Part shown: positions 41,477-49,963 of the stretch, one piece after another
Layout of the letters: each line of letters starts with the position of its first letter
How positions within the stretch are numbered: position 1 is the first letter of the stretch
DNA from: an uncultured Nitrospiraceae bacterium
GTDB lineage: Bacteria > Nitrospirota > Thermodesulfovibrionia > Thermodesulfovibrionales > SM23-35
Assembly: GCA_963727775.1 (NCBI GenBank)
Contig: CAVSHB010000002.1
Coordinates: 192,001-256,000, forward strand
Length of the DNA: 64,000 bases
Direction of reading: 5' to 3'
Position numbers and translations under genes: made by a program
The notes under the pieces: generated by a model
Database searches by the model: none
Seen by the model: the letters and a program-made list of their open reading frames with translations, nothing else
What the model was told of the DNA's origin: nothing

Positions 41477-41695
41477 TCACTTTTTTTTCAAAAGTTGATC
41501 GAGGGTTTCCACACCCTCGTTTTTCAAGACAGTACCGAGTTTAGTATTGGATCGATAACCCGTCGCGAACTTTTCTCCATATTCATCTCGTAATGTCCCG
41601 ACCAATGTATCGTCCCGTTTTTTGCGGATCTGGCCGTCATTGTCTCGCATCCGGTCGTCGAGGCCTGTAGGGAAATGCTTCTGCTTCTTCGTCAT
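41477..41695 (-). CDS. Conserved-looking small protein (72 aa)
   Basis: AAGGAGG RBS; GLDDRMRDNDGQIRKKRDDTLVGTLRDEYG...GYRSNTKLGTVL. Confidence 0.7.
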   Translation of the reverse strand: MTKKQKHFPTGLDDRMRDNDGQIRKKRDDTLVGTLRDEYGEKFATGYRSNTKLGTVLKNEGVETLDQLLKKK

Positions 41696-42042
41696 GTGTT
41701 GTCCTCCTTTTTTGCATCTGTGAAGGAAGAGCCTATTGGCCTCCTTCATCCATCTGTTGCTGCTCTACCTTAAATAGCACCTGAGCGTCAAATCAAAACC
41801 TATTTGCCGCATTTGTGGTCGACCGTGGATGCGACTTATAACATTCACAGTCTTCGGCCCGGGCTTGCCTTACCTCACGGGACGGTATTTGACATTAGCC
41901 AAATGAAACTCCTCCCTTAAGGCGATTAATGACCGCCTCTGTCGTTTCGATATAATGGGCCTGAATATGGGAGTGCTCATGTGCCATTTAAAGCAGAGCA
42001 TTTTATGTCGAACCTACATCCAAGCGTTTCATGGTTTTTGTC

Positions 42043-42315
42043 TTATTCCATGCCAAAATTTCTGTACTCTCCTCTATCATAATCATATACCTCAATTTCA
42101 ACGGATCCGCCACTTCTGCTTATCGATTCCACTTCAACATCCTTATAGTCTCCCGTGTCATAGTCATATATCTCAATATCATTGCCCGACCTTACGAGAT
42201 TCCCTTTATCAATCTCAATATAATTTCCCCTGTCATAATCGTACCCGTCCTATGCTATTGCGCCGATAGGAAATAAAAGGAAACCGATTATTAACAATAA
42301 GGTTGTTTTTTTCAT
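42043..42315 (-). pseudogene. DUF5334-like secreted protein with an internal amber codon
   Basis: Absent from the ORF track. GGAG RBS; MKKTTLLLIIGFLLFPIGAIA*DGYDYDRGNYIEIDKGNLVRSGNDIEIYDY...; TAG at 42250-42252. Confidence 0.7.
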
Positions 42316-42338
42316 AAATCTCTCCTTCTGACATTTTT

Positions 42339-42608
42339 TTATTTTGTGTTTCTGCGATTATAGTAACGCTCCAAATATTTGTCGGGATTCCCCCGTGTTA
42401 TTTTGCCTTTGTTTGGGTTGAAATTACCGGGGAAGCTATAGTTCTTATAAGGATTGCTGGAAGGCTGCGTTCTCTGATACTGGCTGACATACGTGCCATT
42501 ACTTCTGAAATAACCTCTGACCGCTCCTGCGTCGGAAGACCTGGCAACGGTAAAGAAAAATATGAAAATTAAAGCGCTCATCAGTAAAACTGTTTTCATT
42601 GTCCTCAT
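42339..42608 (-). CDS. Small secreted basic protein (VRGYxRSNGTYV family)
   Basis: Signal peptide, then VRGYFRSNGTYVSQYQRT.P...NYSFPGNFNP; AGGAGGGG RBS. Confidence 0.75.
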   Translation of the reverse strand: MRTMKTVLLMSALIFIFFFTVARSSDAGAVRGYFRSNGTYVSQYQRTQPSSNPYKNYSFPGNFNPNKGKITRGNPDKYLERYYNRRNTK

Positions 42609-42639
42609 TTGTCCCCTCCTAAATTTTTTCTTATTACAA

Positions 42640-42666
42640 AGACTGCTGGAAAAGGATTTTTCTTCC
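42640..42666 (-). promoter_or_regulatory. Putative ECF-sigma promoter, copy 1
   Basis: GGAAGAAAAA-tccttttcc-AGCAGTCT, ending 31 nt upstream of the ATG at 42608. Confidence 0.65.
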
Positions 42667-42761
42667 ATTGGAAAGTCAACTTTTTGATAATTAAAAAATT
42701 CTATTAAGAATCAAGAAATTAATGTTTTAAAAGTTTCCTTAAAATCCTTATAATTCAATTT

Positions 42762-43364
42762 ATGTCAGATAATGTGCTTCAGATCATTAATGATTGCCTG
42801 TCCGATAAGGAGGGCGGCTGGGATCTTTTTTTTAAAGAGTACGCTTCCGTCGCCATGAACATTCTGAATCACCACTTCCCAAGCTTCTCGCAGGCCGATA
42901 AAGACGACGTTATTCAAAATATTTTTTCAAAACTGCTAAAGGGCGGTCTCAAAAATTTCCAAGGCACCAATAAATATGAGTTTCTTGCTTATTTCAAGAA
43001 AATCGCGACTAATGAGGCGCGAACTTATCTTGAATATGCGGGGAAATGGAAGACCTCTGTATCTCTTGACCAGGGTAAAAATTGTGCTGACGACATATTG
43101 CCACCCTTGGAAATCCCCGATAATAAGCCCTTGCCTGACGTAGAAATGGAAGGTAATGAATTGGTAAAGTTAATCCATACGGTTCTGGACGGCGTCCCGG
43201 TAGAAACCAAACAAATATTTCTAATGAAGGCTGAGGGATACAAGGACAAGGAGGTTTCCGACATATTGGGGATATCTATGGGTACTGTGGCATCTCGGTA
43301 CTCACGAATCAGAGAAAAGTTGCGGCGCTTACTGGGCAACAATAATACGGAAGAAAAACACTAA
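42762..43364 (+). CDS. ECF RNA polymerase sigma factor
   Basis: Region 2 DDVIQNIFSKL...FLAYFKKIATN; region 4 EGYKDKEVSDILGISMGTVASRYSR. Confidence 0.9.
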   Translation: MSDNVLQIINDCLSDKEGGWDLFFKEYASVAMNILNHHFPSFSQADKDDVIQNIFSKLLKGGLKNFQGTNKYEFLAYFKKIATNEARTYLEYAGKWKTSVSLDQGKNCADDILPPLEIPDNKPLPDVEMEGNELVKLIHTVLDGVPVETKQIFLMKAEGYKDKEVSDILGISMGTVASRYSRIREKLRRLLGNNNTEEKH

Positions 43365-43375
43365 AAAAGCAGTCT
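43349..43375 (+). promoter_or_regulatory. Putative ECF-sigma promoter, copy 2
   Basis: GGAAGAAAAA-cactaaaaa-AGCAGTCT, overlapping the sigma stop and ending 13 nt before the anti-sigma ATG. Confidence 0.65.
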
Positions 43376-43388
43376 ATAAAGAAGAGAA

Positions 43389-44867
43389 ATGAATATACCT
43401 CTTAAAGAAAAGATAGAGAATCTCCTGCAAGACATCGATAGTCTGAAGACACCGGCATGTGTCGATATCAATACTATTGGTTTGTATGCCGAAAACAAGC
43501 TTTCGAACAAAGAAGAACAGAAAGCAGAGAACCACTTGCAATCTTGCCTTTATTGTCTAAAGCAGTTAAATGACATGAAGGAGATGCTTTATTTCCAAGA
43601 ACAGAAGACTTCTATCTCTCCTGAACTTATTAAAAAACTTAGTGGGTTATGTCTGAAACAGGAAGAAACAATCCGAAAAACCGGCTTTCTTACGTTATTC
43701 GTCGGCAAGATAAAAGACTTTCTTGCTTTTCCGTTCAGGCAATGGCGATATTCGGTAGTCGGCCTTGCGAGCGCATGTATGACAAGCCTGTTTATTTTGT
43801 TCTTTTTAAGGACTGAAACCCATAATGTTTTGGTGCCGCACATCGATTCAAACTCTTTCGTCAATATTAGAGCACTCAGCGACAGCGGTAAAGTGTTAAA
43901 CGAGGCGCAAGGCGTTGTTATTAATTCCAAGGGGCTTGTAGCTTCCAATCTTTACCAGCTAGCCGGTGCTAGTTCCATTCAGGTTACTCTACGCGACGGC
44001 CGTACCTATCAGACAAGAAATATCTGGAAGGACGAGGACAAAAACCTTGCCGTTATGAAGATCAATAACGAATCACTTCCTTCTATACCTATCGCTGATA
44101 TAAAGCAGGTTAATATTGGGCAGAGCGTTTTTGTTGTCACGGACCCTACCATGGCAAAAAAAGGGTTCAAGGAATCGTTAGTAAGCGATTTCAAGCAGAT
44201 GCCCGGCAGGCGTAAAGAGAGCACGGTACAGTATATCCAGCTTGCGACATTTACTACAAACACCACAAAAGGGGCACTGATTGATGGACAAGGGAAACTG
44301 GTAGGCCTTCTCATAACCGAAGAGAAGAATATTAATCTTGCCGTTCCGATCGCCGATGCCGAACGGATAGTAAAAGAAGGCAAAGCAATTCCCGTGAGCG
44401 AACTAAAACGAAACAAATTCTCTGCCGATGCGCTAAATTTCTATATGAAAGGCATTCTCGCCCGTGATGCGCAACGGTGGAACGAAGCAATGGAGTTTTA
44501 TAAGAAGGCGCTGAAGCTTAACCCAAATTTGGTGGGCGCTCACATCGAGCTAGGATATGTATATTATATAAAGCATTTATATGATCTTGAAGCGCGGGAA
44601 TATGAGGATGTTCTTAAGATCGACCCTCAAAACAAGGATGCTCTGTATTCATTGGGAACAAACTTGGAAACGAGGGGATTATTTAAAGAGGCAATAAATA
44701 AATATGAAGAAGTAATTGCGCTTGATCCAGAGGATGCGGAGACAATTTTTGAATTGGGGCTGGCTTACCTAGCTCTGGGGCAGAAAGATAAGGCCATGAC
44801 GCTTTATCCTAAATTAAAGGCAATAGATCCCGGATATGGCGAGGTATTGAGGCGCTTAGGTAAATAA
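43389..44867 (+). CDS. Anti-sigma factor: ZAS zinc finger, TM helix, trypsin-like pseudoprotease, TPR repeats
   Basis: ENHLQSCLYC (HxxxCxxC), one TM, HtrA-like fold lacking the His/Asp/Ser triad, about four TPRs. Confidence 0.8.
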   Translation: MNIPLKEKIENLLQDIDSLKTPACVDINTIGLYAENKLSNKEEQKAENHLQSCLYCLKQLNDMKEMLYFQEQKTSISPELIKKLSGLCLKQEETIRKTGFLTLFVGKIKDFLAFPFRQWRYSVVGLASACMTSLFILFFLRTETHNVLVPHIDSNSFVNIRALSDSGKVLNEAQGVVINSKGLVASNLYQLAGASSIQVTLRDGRTYQTRNIWKDEDKNLAVMKINNESLPSIPIADIKQVNIGQSVFVVTDPTMAKKGFKESLVSDFKQMPGRRKESTVQYIQLATFTTNTTKGALIDGQGKLVGLLITEEKNINLAVPIADAERIVKEGKAIPVSELKRNKFSADALNFYMKGILARDAQRWNEAMEFYKKALKLNPNLVGAHIELGYVYYIKHLYDLEAREYEDVLKIDPQNKDALYSLGTNLETRGLFKEAINKYEEVIALDPEDAETIFELGLAYLALGQKDKAMTLYPKLKAIDPGYGEVLRRLGK

Positions 44868-45045
44868 CGTGTTTTGAATGGTCCGGCTGCAAACGTCTCG
44901 CCAGCTGCGTTGGTTTTCGATAGGAATATTCCTCCGGTCGTCGTAAAATGAATTGGATCTTATTTGTGGAGGGGCATTCGATGCCATTTTGTCCAAATCC
45001 TGAACGCCCATATCCCAAAATTTGTTATATTTGAATCAGGGGATC

Positions 45046-45411
45046 ATGAAACAAGGGATTATCTCTAAAAAAGAAAATGGCAAGGTAATTGTAAGGCTTG
45101 CCAATGAGTACTATGAACGACAAGCCGTCTCCGCTGCGGCGCACAAACTGACTGATCGGTTTGTTGTTGTGATAGACCCCATAGATGACCGCGCTGTCGG
45201 CGTATACCTTGAACCGAAAGGAGATGCCAACCTTAATGAGCAAAGCATTGATGATGCGATTTCTGCATTCTGCAATGACATTTTGGATGAGCAGGTCAGG
45301 CTTGATCTCGACAGGCAGTATGGCAGCTTGCGTGACTTAATAGTCAGACAGGCTTTTACTCCCCTCACTTCTTCTGAATTATCAAACGAAGTCAAGGGAC
45401 TCAAGAAATAA
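45046..45411 (+). CDS. hxsD: His-Xaa-Ser system protein HxsD
   Basis: YYERQAVSAAAHKLTDRF...FCNDILDEQVRLDL...LRDLIVRQAF; directly upstream of hxsB. Confidence 0.85.
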   Translation: MKQGIISKKENGKVIVRLANEYYERQAVSAAAHKLTDRFVVVIDPIDDRAVGVYLEPKGDANLNEQSIDDAISAFCNDILDEQVRLDLDRQYGSLRDLIVRQAFTPLTSSELSNEVKGLKK

Positions 45412-45417
45412 GCCAGG

Positions 45418-46902
45418 ATGTCTTTTATACCTCAAACCAATACCTCACCCTATAACTTTTTGCCTTTCAAGTTTATGCGTTTCCATCACGAAAAGATACT
45501 CCTTGTCAATGAGGCTGGTGAGTATCTTTTTCTTAGTGTGGAGGACTTTAACGGTTTCCTCAACTTTGGGCTACCTGCAGATTCCAACACTTATCAGGAC
45601 CTGAAGGCGAAACATTTTTTATACGCCTCTGATAAAGCTCTTGTGCCAACGATAGAGATGCTTTCAACCAAGTATCGTACTAAAAAAGCTTTCCTCAGAA
45701 ATTTTACTACCCTGCATATGGTGGTTACAACTCTTAGATGCAATCACCGCTGCAATTATTGCCATGCATCAAGCCAGGATGCGAATGCACAGAAGTTTGA
45801 TATGTCTATCGAAACAGCCCAGCGTGTAACAGAGGTCATCTTTGAGACCCCCTCTCCGATTATTAAGATTGAGTTCCAGGGAGGAGAGTCGCTCCTGAAT
45901 TTTAATGCAGTCAAAGAAATTGTAAGATACGCCGAACGCCTCAACAAAAAACGGCATAAACAGCTCAGCTTTGTGCTGTGCACGAACCTCACACTGATTG
46001 ACAAGGATAACTTACAGTTTCTCAAAGAGCATGATATCCTGATCTCCACATCCCTTGATGGCCCTCATGAACTCCATAATGCCAATAGGATAATGAGGGA
46101 CGGTGGAGACAGCTATAACACCTTTATTGAGAAACTGGAACTTTCGAGGGGTATGCTCGGGCATGATCGAATATCGGCGCTCTTGACGGTAACCAAAGGT
46201 AATCTTTCCCTACTTCGGAATGTTGTCGATGAATATGTGAGACTGGGGTTTAACGGCGTATTTCTGAGGTCTCTGAACCCTTACGGATATGCGAAGAAAG
46301 AAAGCGGACGGCTGCTTCAGTATTCTATGGAAGAGTTTATTGAGGCATACAAACAGACTCTCGCATACATAATCGAGCTGAATCTGAAGGGCAGGTTCTT
46401 TTCAGAATATTTCGCCACTATCCTGCTTTCGAGAATCATGACTCCTTTTTCTACGGGCTTCATGGATCTCCAGTCTCCGGCCGGTGCCGGCATCCTTGGC
46501 GTGATATATAACCATAATGGTGATGTCTACCCTACGGACGAGGCAAGAATGCTCGCAAATACTGGGGATACCCACTTCAGGCTGGGCAACGTCCACCATG
46601 ATACCCATAATGAAATCTTCGGGAGTGCCCTCTTAAGGAAAATTACAAGGAACTCCTGCACGGAAACGATACCGGGCTGCCATGACTGTGCATTCCAAAT
46701 GTACTGTGGGGCTGATCCGATTCGTGCCTATTCACAACAGAATGACAATACATATATTGGGCACATCCCGAGCAGTGAGTTTTGCAAGAAGCATAAGACC
46801 ATAATTGCCTTCCTTTTTGACATCATAGAGAACAATCCCGACGCCTGTGATGTCTTCTGGTCCTGGATCACAAAGCGCAACCTGAAGGAAGTCAGAGTAT
46901 GA
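45418..46902 (+). CDS. hxsB: His-Xaa-Ser system radical SAM/SPASM maturase HxsB
   Basis: FLPFKF..., LHMVVTTLRCNHRCNYC, IEFQGGE, DLQSPAGAG, YPTDEARM, and SPASM cysteines CHDC...YCGADP...FC. Confidence 0.92.
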   Translation: MSFIPQTNTSPYNFLPFKFMRFHHEKILLVNEAGEYLFLSVEDFNGFLNFGLPADSNTYQDLKAKHFLYASDKALVPTIEMLSTKYRTKKAFLRNFTTLHMVVTTLRCNHRCNYCHASSQDANAQKFDMSIETAQRVTEVIFETPSPIIKIEFQGGESLLNFNAVKEIVRYAERLNKKRHKQLSFVLCTNLTLIDKDNLQFLKEHDILISTSLDGPHELHNANRIMRDGGDSYNTFIEKLELSRGMLGHDRISALLTVTKGNLSLLRNVVDEYVRLGFNGVFLRSLNPYGYAKKESGRLLQYSMEEFIEAYKQTLAYIIELNLKGRFFSEYFATILLSRIMTPFSTGFMDLQSPAGAGILGVIYNHNGDVYPTDEARMLANTGDTHFRLGNVHHDTHNEIFGSALLRKITRNSCTETIPGCHDCAFQMYCGADPIRAYSQQNDNTYIGHIPSSEFCKKHKTIIAFLFDIIENNPDACDVFWSWITKRNLKEVRV

Positions 46903-48077
46903 AGACATTCAGCGGCATTCCAACAAATCTAACAAGAACTCTGGTTGCGAAAGTTGTTAAGCATCCAAAAAGTCGATGGATGTCTTGGGTCCCTGAGCCA
47001 ACGGCCTATGTAGCGGACACTCCTCCCAAGAGACTTCCGAAGGCCTCCGTTTATATATTCTCGGGACACGAGAATCTTAGTACAATCCCTGGCAAATCTC
47101 CAGTTGTTCATGGTGTCCCGCGGGATGTAGTTGCCCAGCTCAATGATGGTGACGTGGTAAAGATTGAAAAGGACGGGCAGGTGCAAGTGCTTTATGAGGT
47201 AGCATCCCAACAGAACGTGATTTTTGTAACCAACCGCTGTAATTTGCACTGCGTGATGTGCCCACAGCCGTCCAAAGCAGATGAGGAGGGGATGCTGGGG
47301 AATACCTTAAGACTCATTCGTATGATGTCCCCCGAAAGCACAAAGAACATTGCCATCACCGGCGGAGAACCTACCCTGCTTGGGCAGGGATTACAGACTC
47401 TCATTAAATCTTGCAAGGACAACCTTCCGAGAACTTCACTTATTGTTCTTACAAACGGCACCAGACTCAAAGACTTAGAGTTGGTAAGGCAGCTGACCAT
47501 GGTCGGGCATCCCGCCCTTACGTTTGCTATCCCGCTTTATTCCGATGTAGACGTAATCCATGACAAGATCGTAGGTACCCCGGGGAGCTTTCATGCGGCC
47601 ATCAGGGGGCTACACAATCTGGCCCTTTTCCGACATTTCGTCGAAATAAGAACCGTTGTCACCGCGATGAACTACACAAGGCTTCCCAAACTGGCCGAAT
47701 TTATCTATCGGAACTTACCTTTTGCTGCCCATATTGCCATCATGGCACTTGAAATGACAGGAAATGCCAGAGAGAACTCCGAGGCCATATGGATAGATCC
47801 ATTCGATTATACCCGTGAACTGGAGATGGCAGTGCGTATATTGAATAGGGCAGGGCTGAATGTCTCCATCTATAATCACCAACTCTGTGTTGTCCCTCAA
47901 AACATGTGGCGCTTCTGCAGACAGTCAATATCAGCCTGGAAAAACTCCTATATTGGGCAATGTGGCGAATGTCTGGTAAAACAAAAATGCGGCGGTTTTT
48001 TTACTACTGGCGGGCAATACATCAGCCAGCATATCAACCCTATATCGCATCTGTATGACCAACCTTTTGCGCCTTGA
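46899..48077 (+). CDS. hxsC: His-Xaa-Ser system radical SAM maturase HxsC
   Basis: FVTNRCNLHCVMCPQP, ITGGEPT, LTNG, SIYNHQLC, SISAWKN...C..C..K..CGGFF. Confidence 0.92.
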   Translation: MKTFSGIPTNLTRTLVAKVVKHPKSRWMSWVPEPTAYVADTPPKRLPKASVYIFSGHENLSTIPGKSPVVHGVPRDVVAQLNDGDVVKIEKDGQVQVLYEVASQQNVIFVTNRCNLHCVMCPQPSKADEEGMLGNTLRLIRMMSPESTKNIAITGGEPTLLGQGLQTLIKSCKDNLPRTSLIVLTNGTRLKDLELVRQLTMVGHPALTFAIPLYSDVDVIHDKIVGTPGSFHAAIRGLHNLALFRHFVEIRTVVTAMNYTRLPKLAEFIYRNLPFAAHIAIMALEMTGNARENSEAIWIDPFDYTRELEMAVRILNRAGLNVSIYNHQLCVVPQNMWRFCRQSISAWKNSYIGQCGECLVKQKCGGFFTTGGQYISQHINPISHLYDQPFAP

Positions 48078-48095
48078 CATTGCGCCTTGCTTTTG

Positions 48096-48124
48096 TTGAC
48101 AAACACTCGTCTGTGTGATATAAA
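48096..48124 (+). promoter_or_regulatory. Sigma70-type promoter of the HxS precursor gene
   Basis: TTGACA-17 nt-TATAAA with an extended -10 TG. Confidence 0.6.
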
Positions 48125-48156
48125 CTAAATAAGAGTACGATTTAAGAGGTGTATTT

Positions 48157-48432
48157 ATGAAATCATGGATTAAGAAAACAGCGTTAGGTCTAGTTGCCGC
48201 CCTTTCCTTTTTTGGCGTTAATGTTGGCTCGACCAATGCCTCCCTTCAGAGCGATACGGTAAAGATCAAGGAAAACACGCCGCTGTATCTCGAACACGCG
48301 TCAAACATCCTCACACATGCTCAGGAGAGAAACAATTTTTTGGCAGATCACGAATCGCACTACTCTCATGACAGCCATTCTTCCCACTCCTCTCATGACT
48401 CACATTACTCACATTATAGTTCACGCGATTAG
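48157..48432 (+). CDS. hxsA: His-Xaa-Ser repeat precursor peptide (HxsA-type)
   Basis: Signal-like leader and C-terminal core HES-HYS-HDS-HSS-HSS-HDS-HYS-HYS-SRD; GAGG RBS. Confidence 0.9.
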   Translation: MKSWIKKTALGLVAALSFFGVNVGSTNASLQSDTVKIKENTPLYLEHASNILTHAQERNNFLADHESHYSHDSHSSHSSHDSHYSHYSSRD

Positions 48433-48789
48433 TTAGGAACGGAAAAGAGCATGGGATAGACATAAGGCAGGTCTGGGCCTATTTATAATTTTCATGATGT
48501 CCAGCCCAGAACCGCCTTTATTTTGTCAGTCCACCTGAAAGTCCGCAGTGCGGACTTCTATCGTATGGTGTCGAATACGGGTACAAACATAGATTTGCAA
48601 CCATTTTGCCAGTTCACTTCTTTCTTCATCAAAGTCGCAAAGCAGATGATTTTATTGTTATGCAAGTTTCTTCTCCAAATAAACGAATCTGCGTCACATT
48701 AATCAGGATTATATAACTTAACTAAAGTCTTTCTTTTCAAACCCGGACCGAACTACGCGACCATTGCTCCCGCAGGAGCAGCCCAAACC

Positions 48790-49308
48790 TACAGGCCTAT
48801 ATGTGCGAGGGCATTGAGCAGTGAAGCACAGGAAACCTTGATCATCCCCCAGAATCAGAAAGAGTGAACTTGAGGCCGCCAAAGCGCAGACGAACAAGAC
48901 AGCAATGACCTTGTATTGCGAGTGGTGAGCAGGCCAAAGCTGGAAAAGATGGCAAGCCAGAAAACCAACAACACCAAGGGCGGCATAGGGAACGAGCGCT
49001 GCCCTAACTGCTGCGAGAGAAGCCAACGCATATCGTAAATTTCAGCTCTGATCTGCAGGGCTTGAGACTGAAGCCGGCGCCGGTCGTCGTTTCTTCGGTC
49101 CCGCTCTCCGCCTGGCCAACCTTCTTTGCTGCAATCGTGTTTTTCTCTTCCGGACGCACCCGTTCAATCGAGGCAATGAGAGAGCGATGCAGAATATCCC
49201 TGGCTTCTCTCGTCTCCAGCCTGTATCGTATCGCGCCATGGTGTTGTCAAGCATAACAATCTTCAAGACCGTTTGTTTGATCTCGCTGTTCATTGTAATC
49301 TGGCTCAT
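48790..49308 (-). pseudogene. Decayed DUF4239/bestrophin-like membrane protein gene
   Basis: Pieces in different frames: KIVMLDNTMARY|RLETREARDILHRSL, MRWLLSQQ...FPMPPLVLLVFWLAIFSSFGL, VIAVLFVCALAASSSLFLIL. A 5-bp CGATA duplication causes the first frameshift. Confidence 0.6.
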
Positions 49309-49362
49309 GATTCACTTTCATTTCTTCATGAGTCCAAATTACAGCGCCACCTGCTATGAAAC

Positions 49363-49902
49363 CTACGGCAAATAGACTCCGGAGCCTATGAAATAGTCTG
49401 TTCCCGGGATGGGCTCTACATACCCAAGCTTTTTGAACTCCTCTTTGGATCCGGGTTTGACCCAATAAAACTCAACAAACCCGCCGCCCTTCTTTGCAGC
49501 GGCGCTCAGCTCCCGGATGACAAATTTCCCCTTTACGTCTTTGTGATCGTAGAGGTTCTTTCCCTGGAGATTCTTTTGGGTCCCGTGGGCAATATTCAGA
49601 CAGCTGTAATCATAGACATAAAAATACCCTGACTTATCTGCATAAAAACGTATGGGGTCGACAAAGGAACATATCATATCAACGCGCTCATTTTCGTTCT
49701 TTACCCCCTTGAGGATCTCTCCCAGTCCGACAGCAGTCGCGTGAACCACTGTCTTTGCTGTTTCCTTGTAACACTCCATGGATGTCTTATCATTTCCATA
49801 GCCGACCCCGGCGCCCATGATAACTACTGCCACGGCGATAATCAATATTGCCAATAGCTGCCCCGAAGTGTTTCTCACCTTTTCTTTCTTACAATAAGTC
49901 AT
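49363..49902 (-). CDS. Exported single Cache-domain protein
   Basis: Signal/TM segment, then SGYFYVYD...IAHG...GKNLYDHKDVKGKFVIREL...GGGFVEFYWVKP...KKLGYV...FIGSGVY. Confidence 0.85.
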   Translation of the reverse strand: MTYCKKEKVRNTSGQLLAILIIAVAVVIMGAGVGYGNDKTSMECYKETAKTVVHATAVGLGEILKGVKNENERVDMICSFVDPIRFYADKSGYFYVYDYSCLNIAHGTQKNLQGKNLYDHKDVKGKFVIRELSAAAKKGGGFVEFYWVKPGSKEEFKKLGYVEPIPGTDYFIGSGVYLP

Positions 49903-49963
49903 TGCCAATCCTCCTTTTATTTATTACGAATAGGACGCTCCTGCAAAACGTCCGTAAAGACTG

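Noticed and set aside
42250..42252. TAG as a pyrrolysine codon
   Set aside because: No pyl genes in the window, TAG serves as a normal stop elsewhere (for example tig and hxsA), and a TGG-to-TAG change is simpler.
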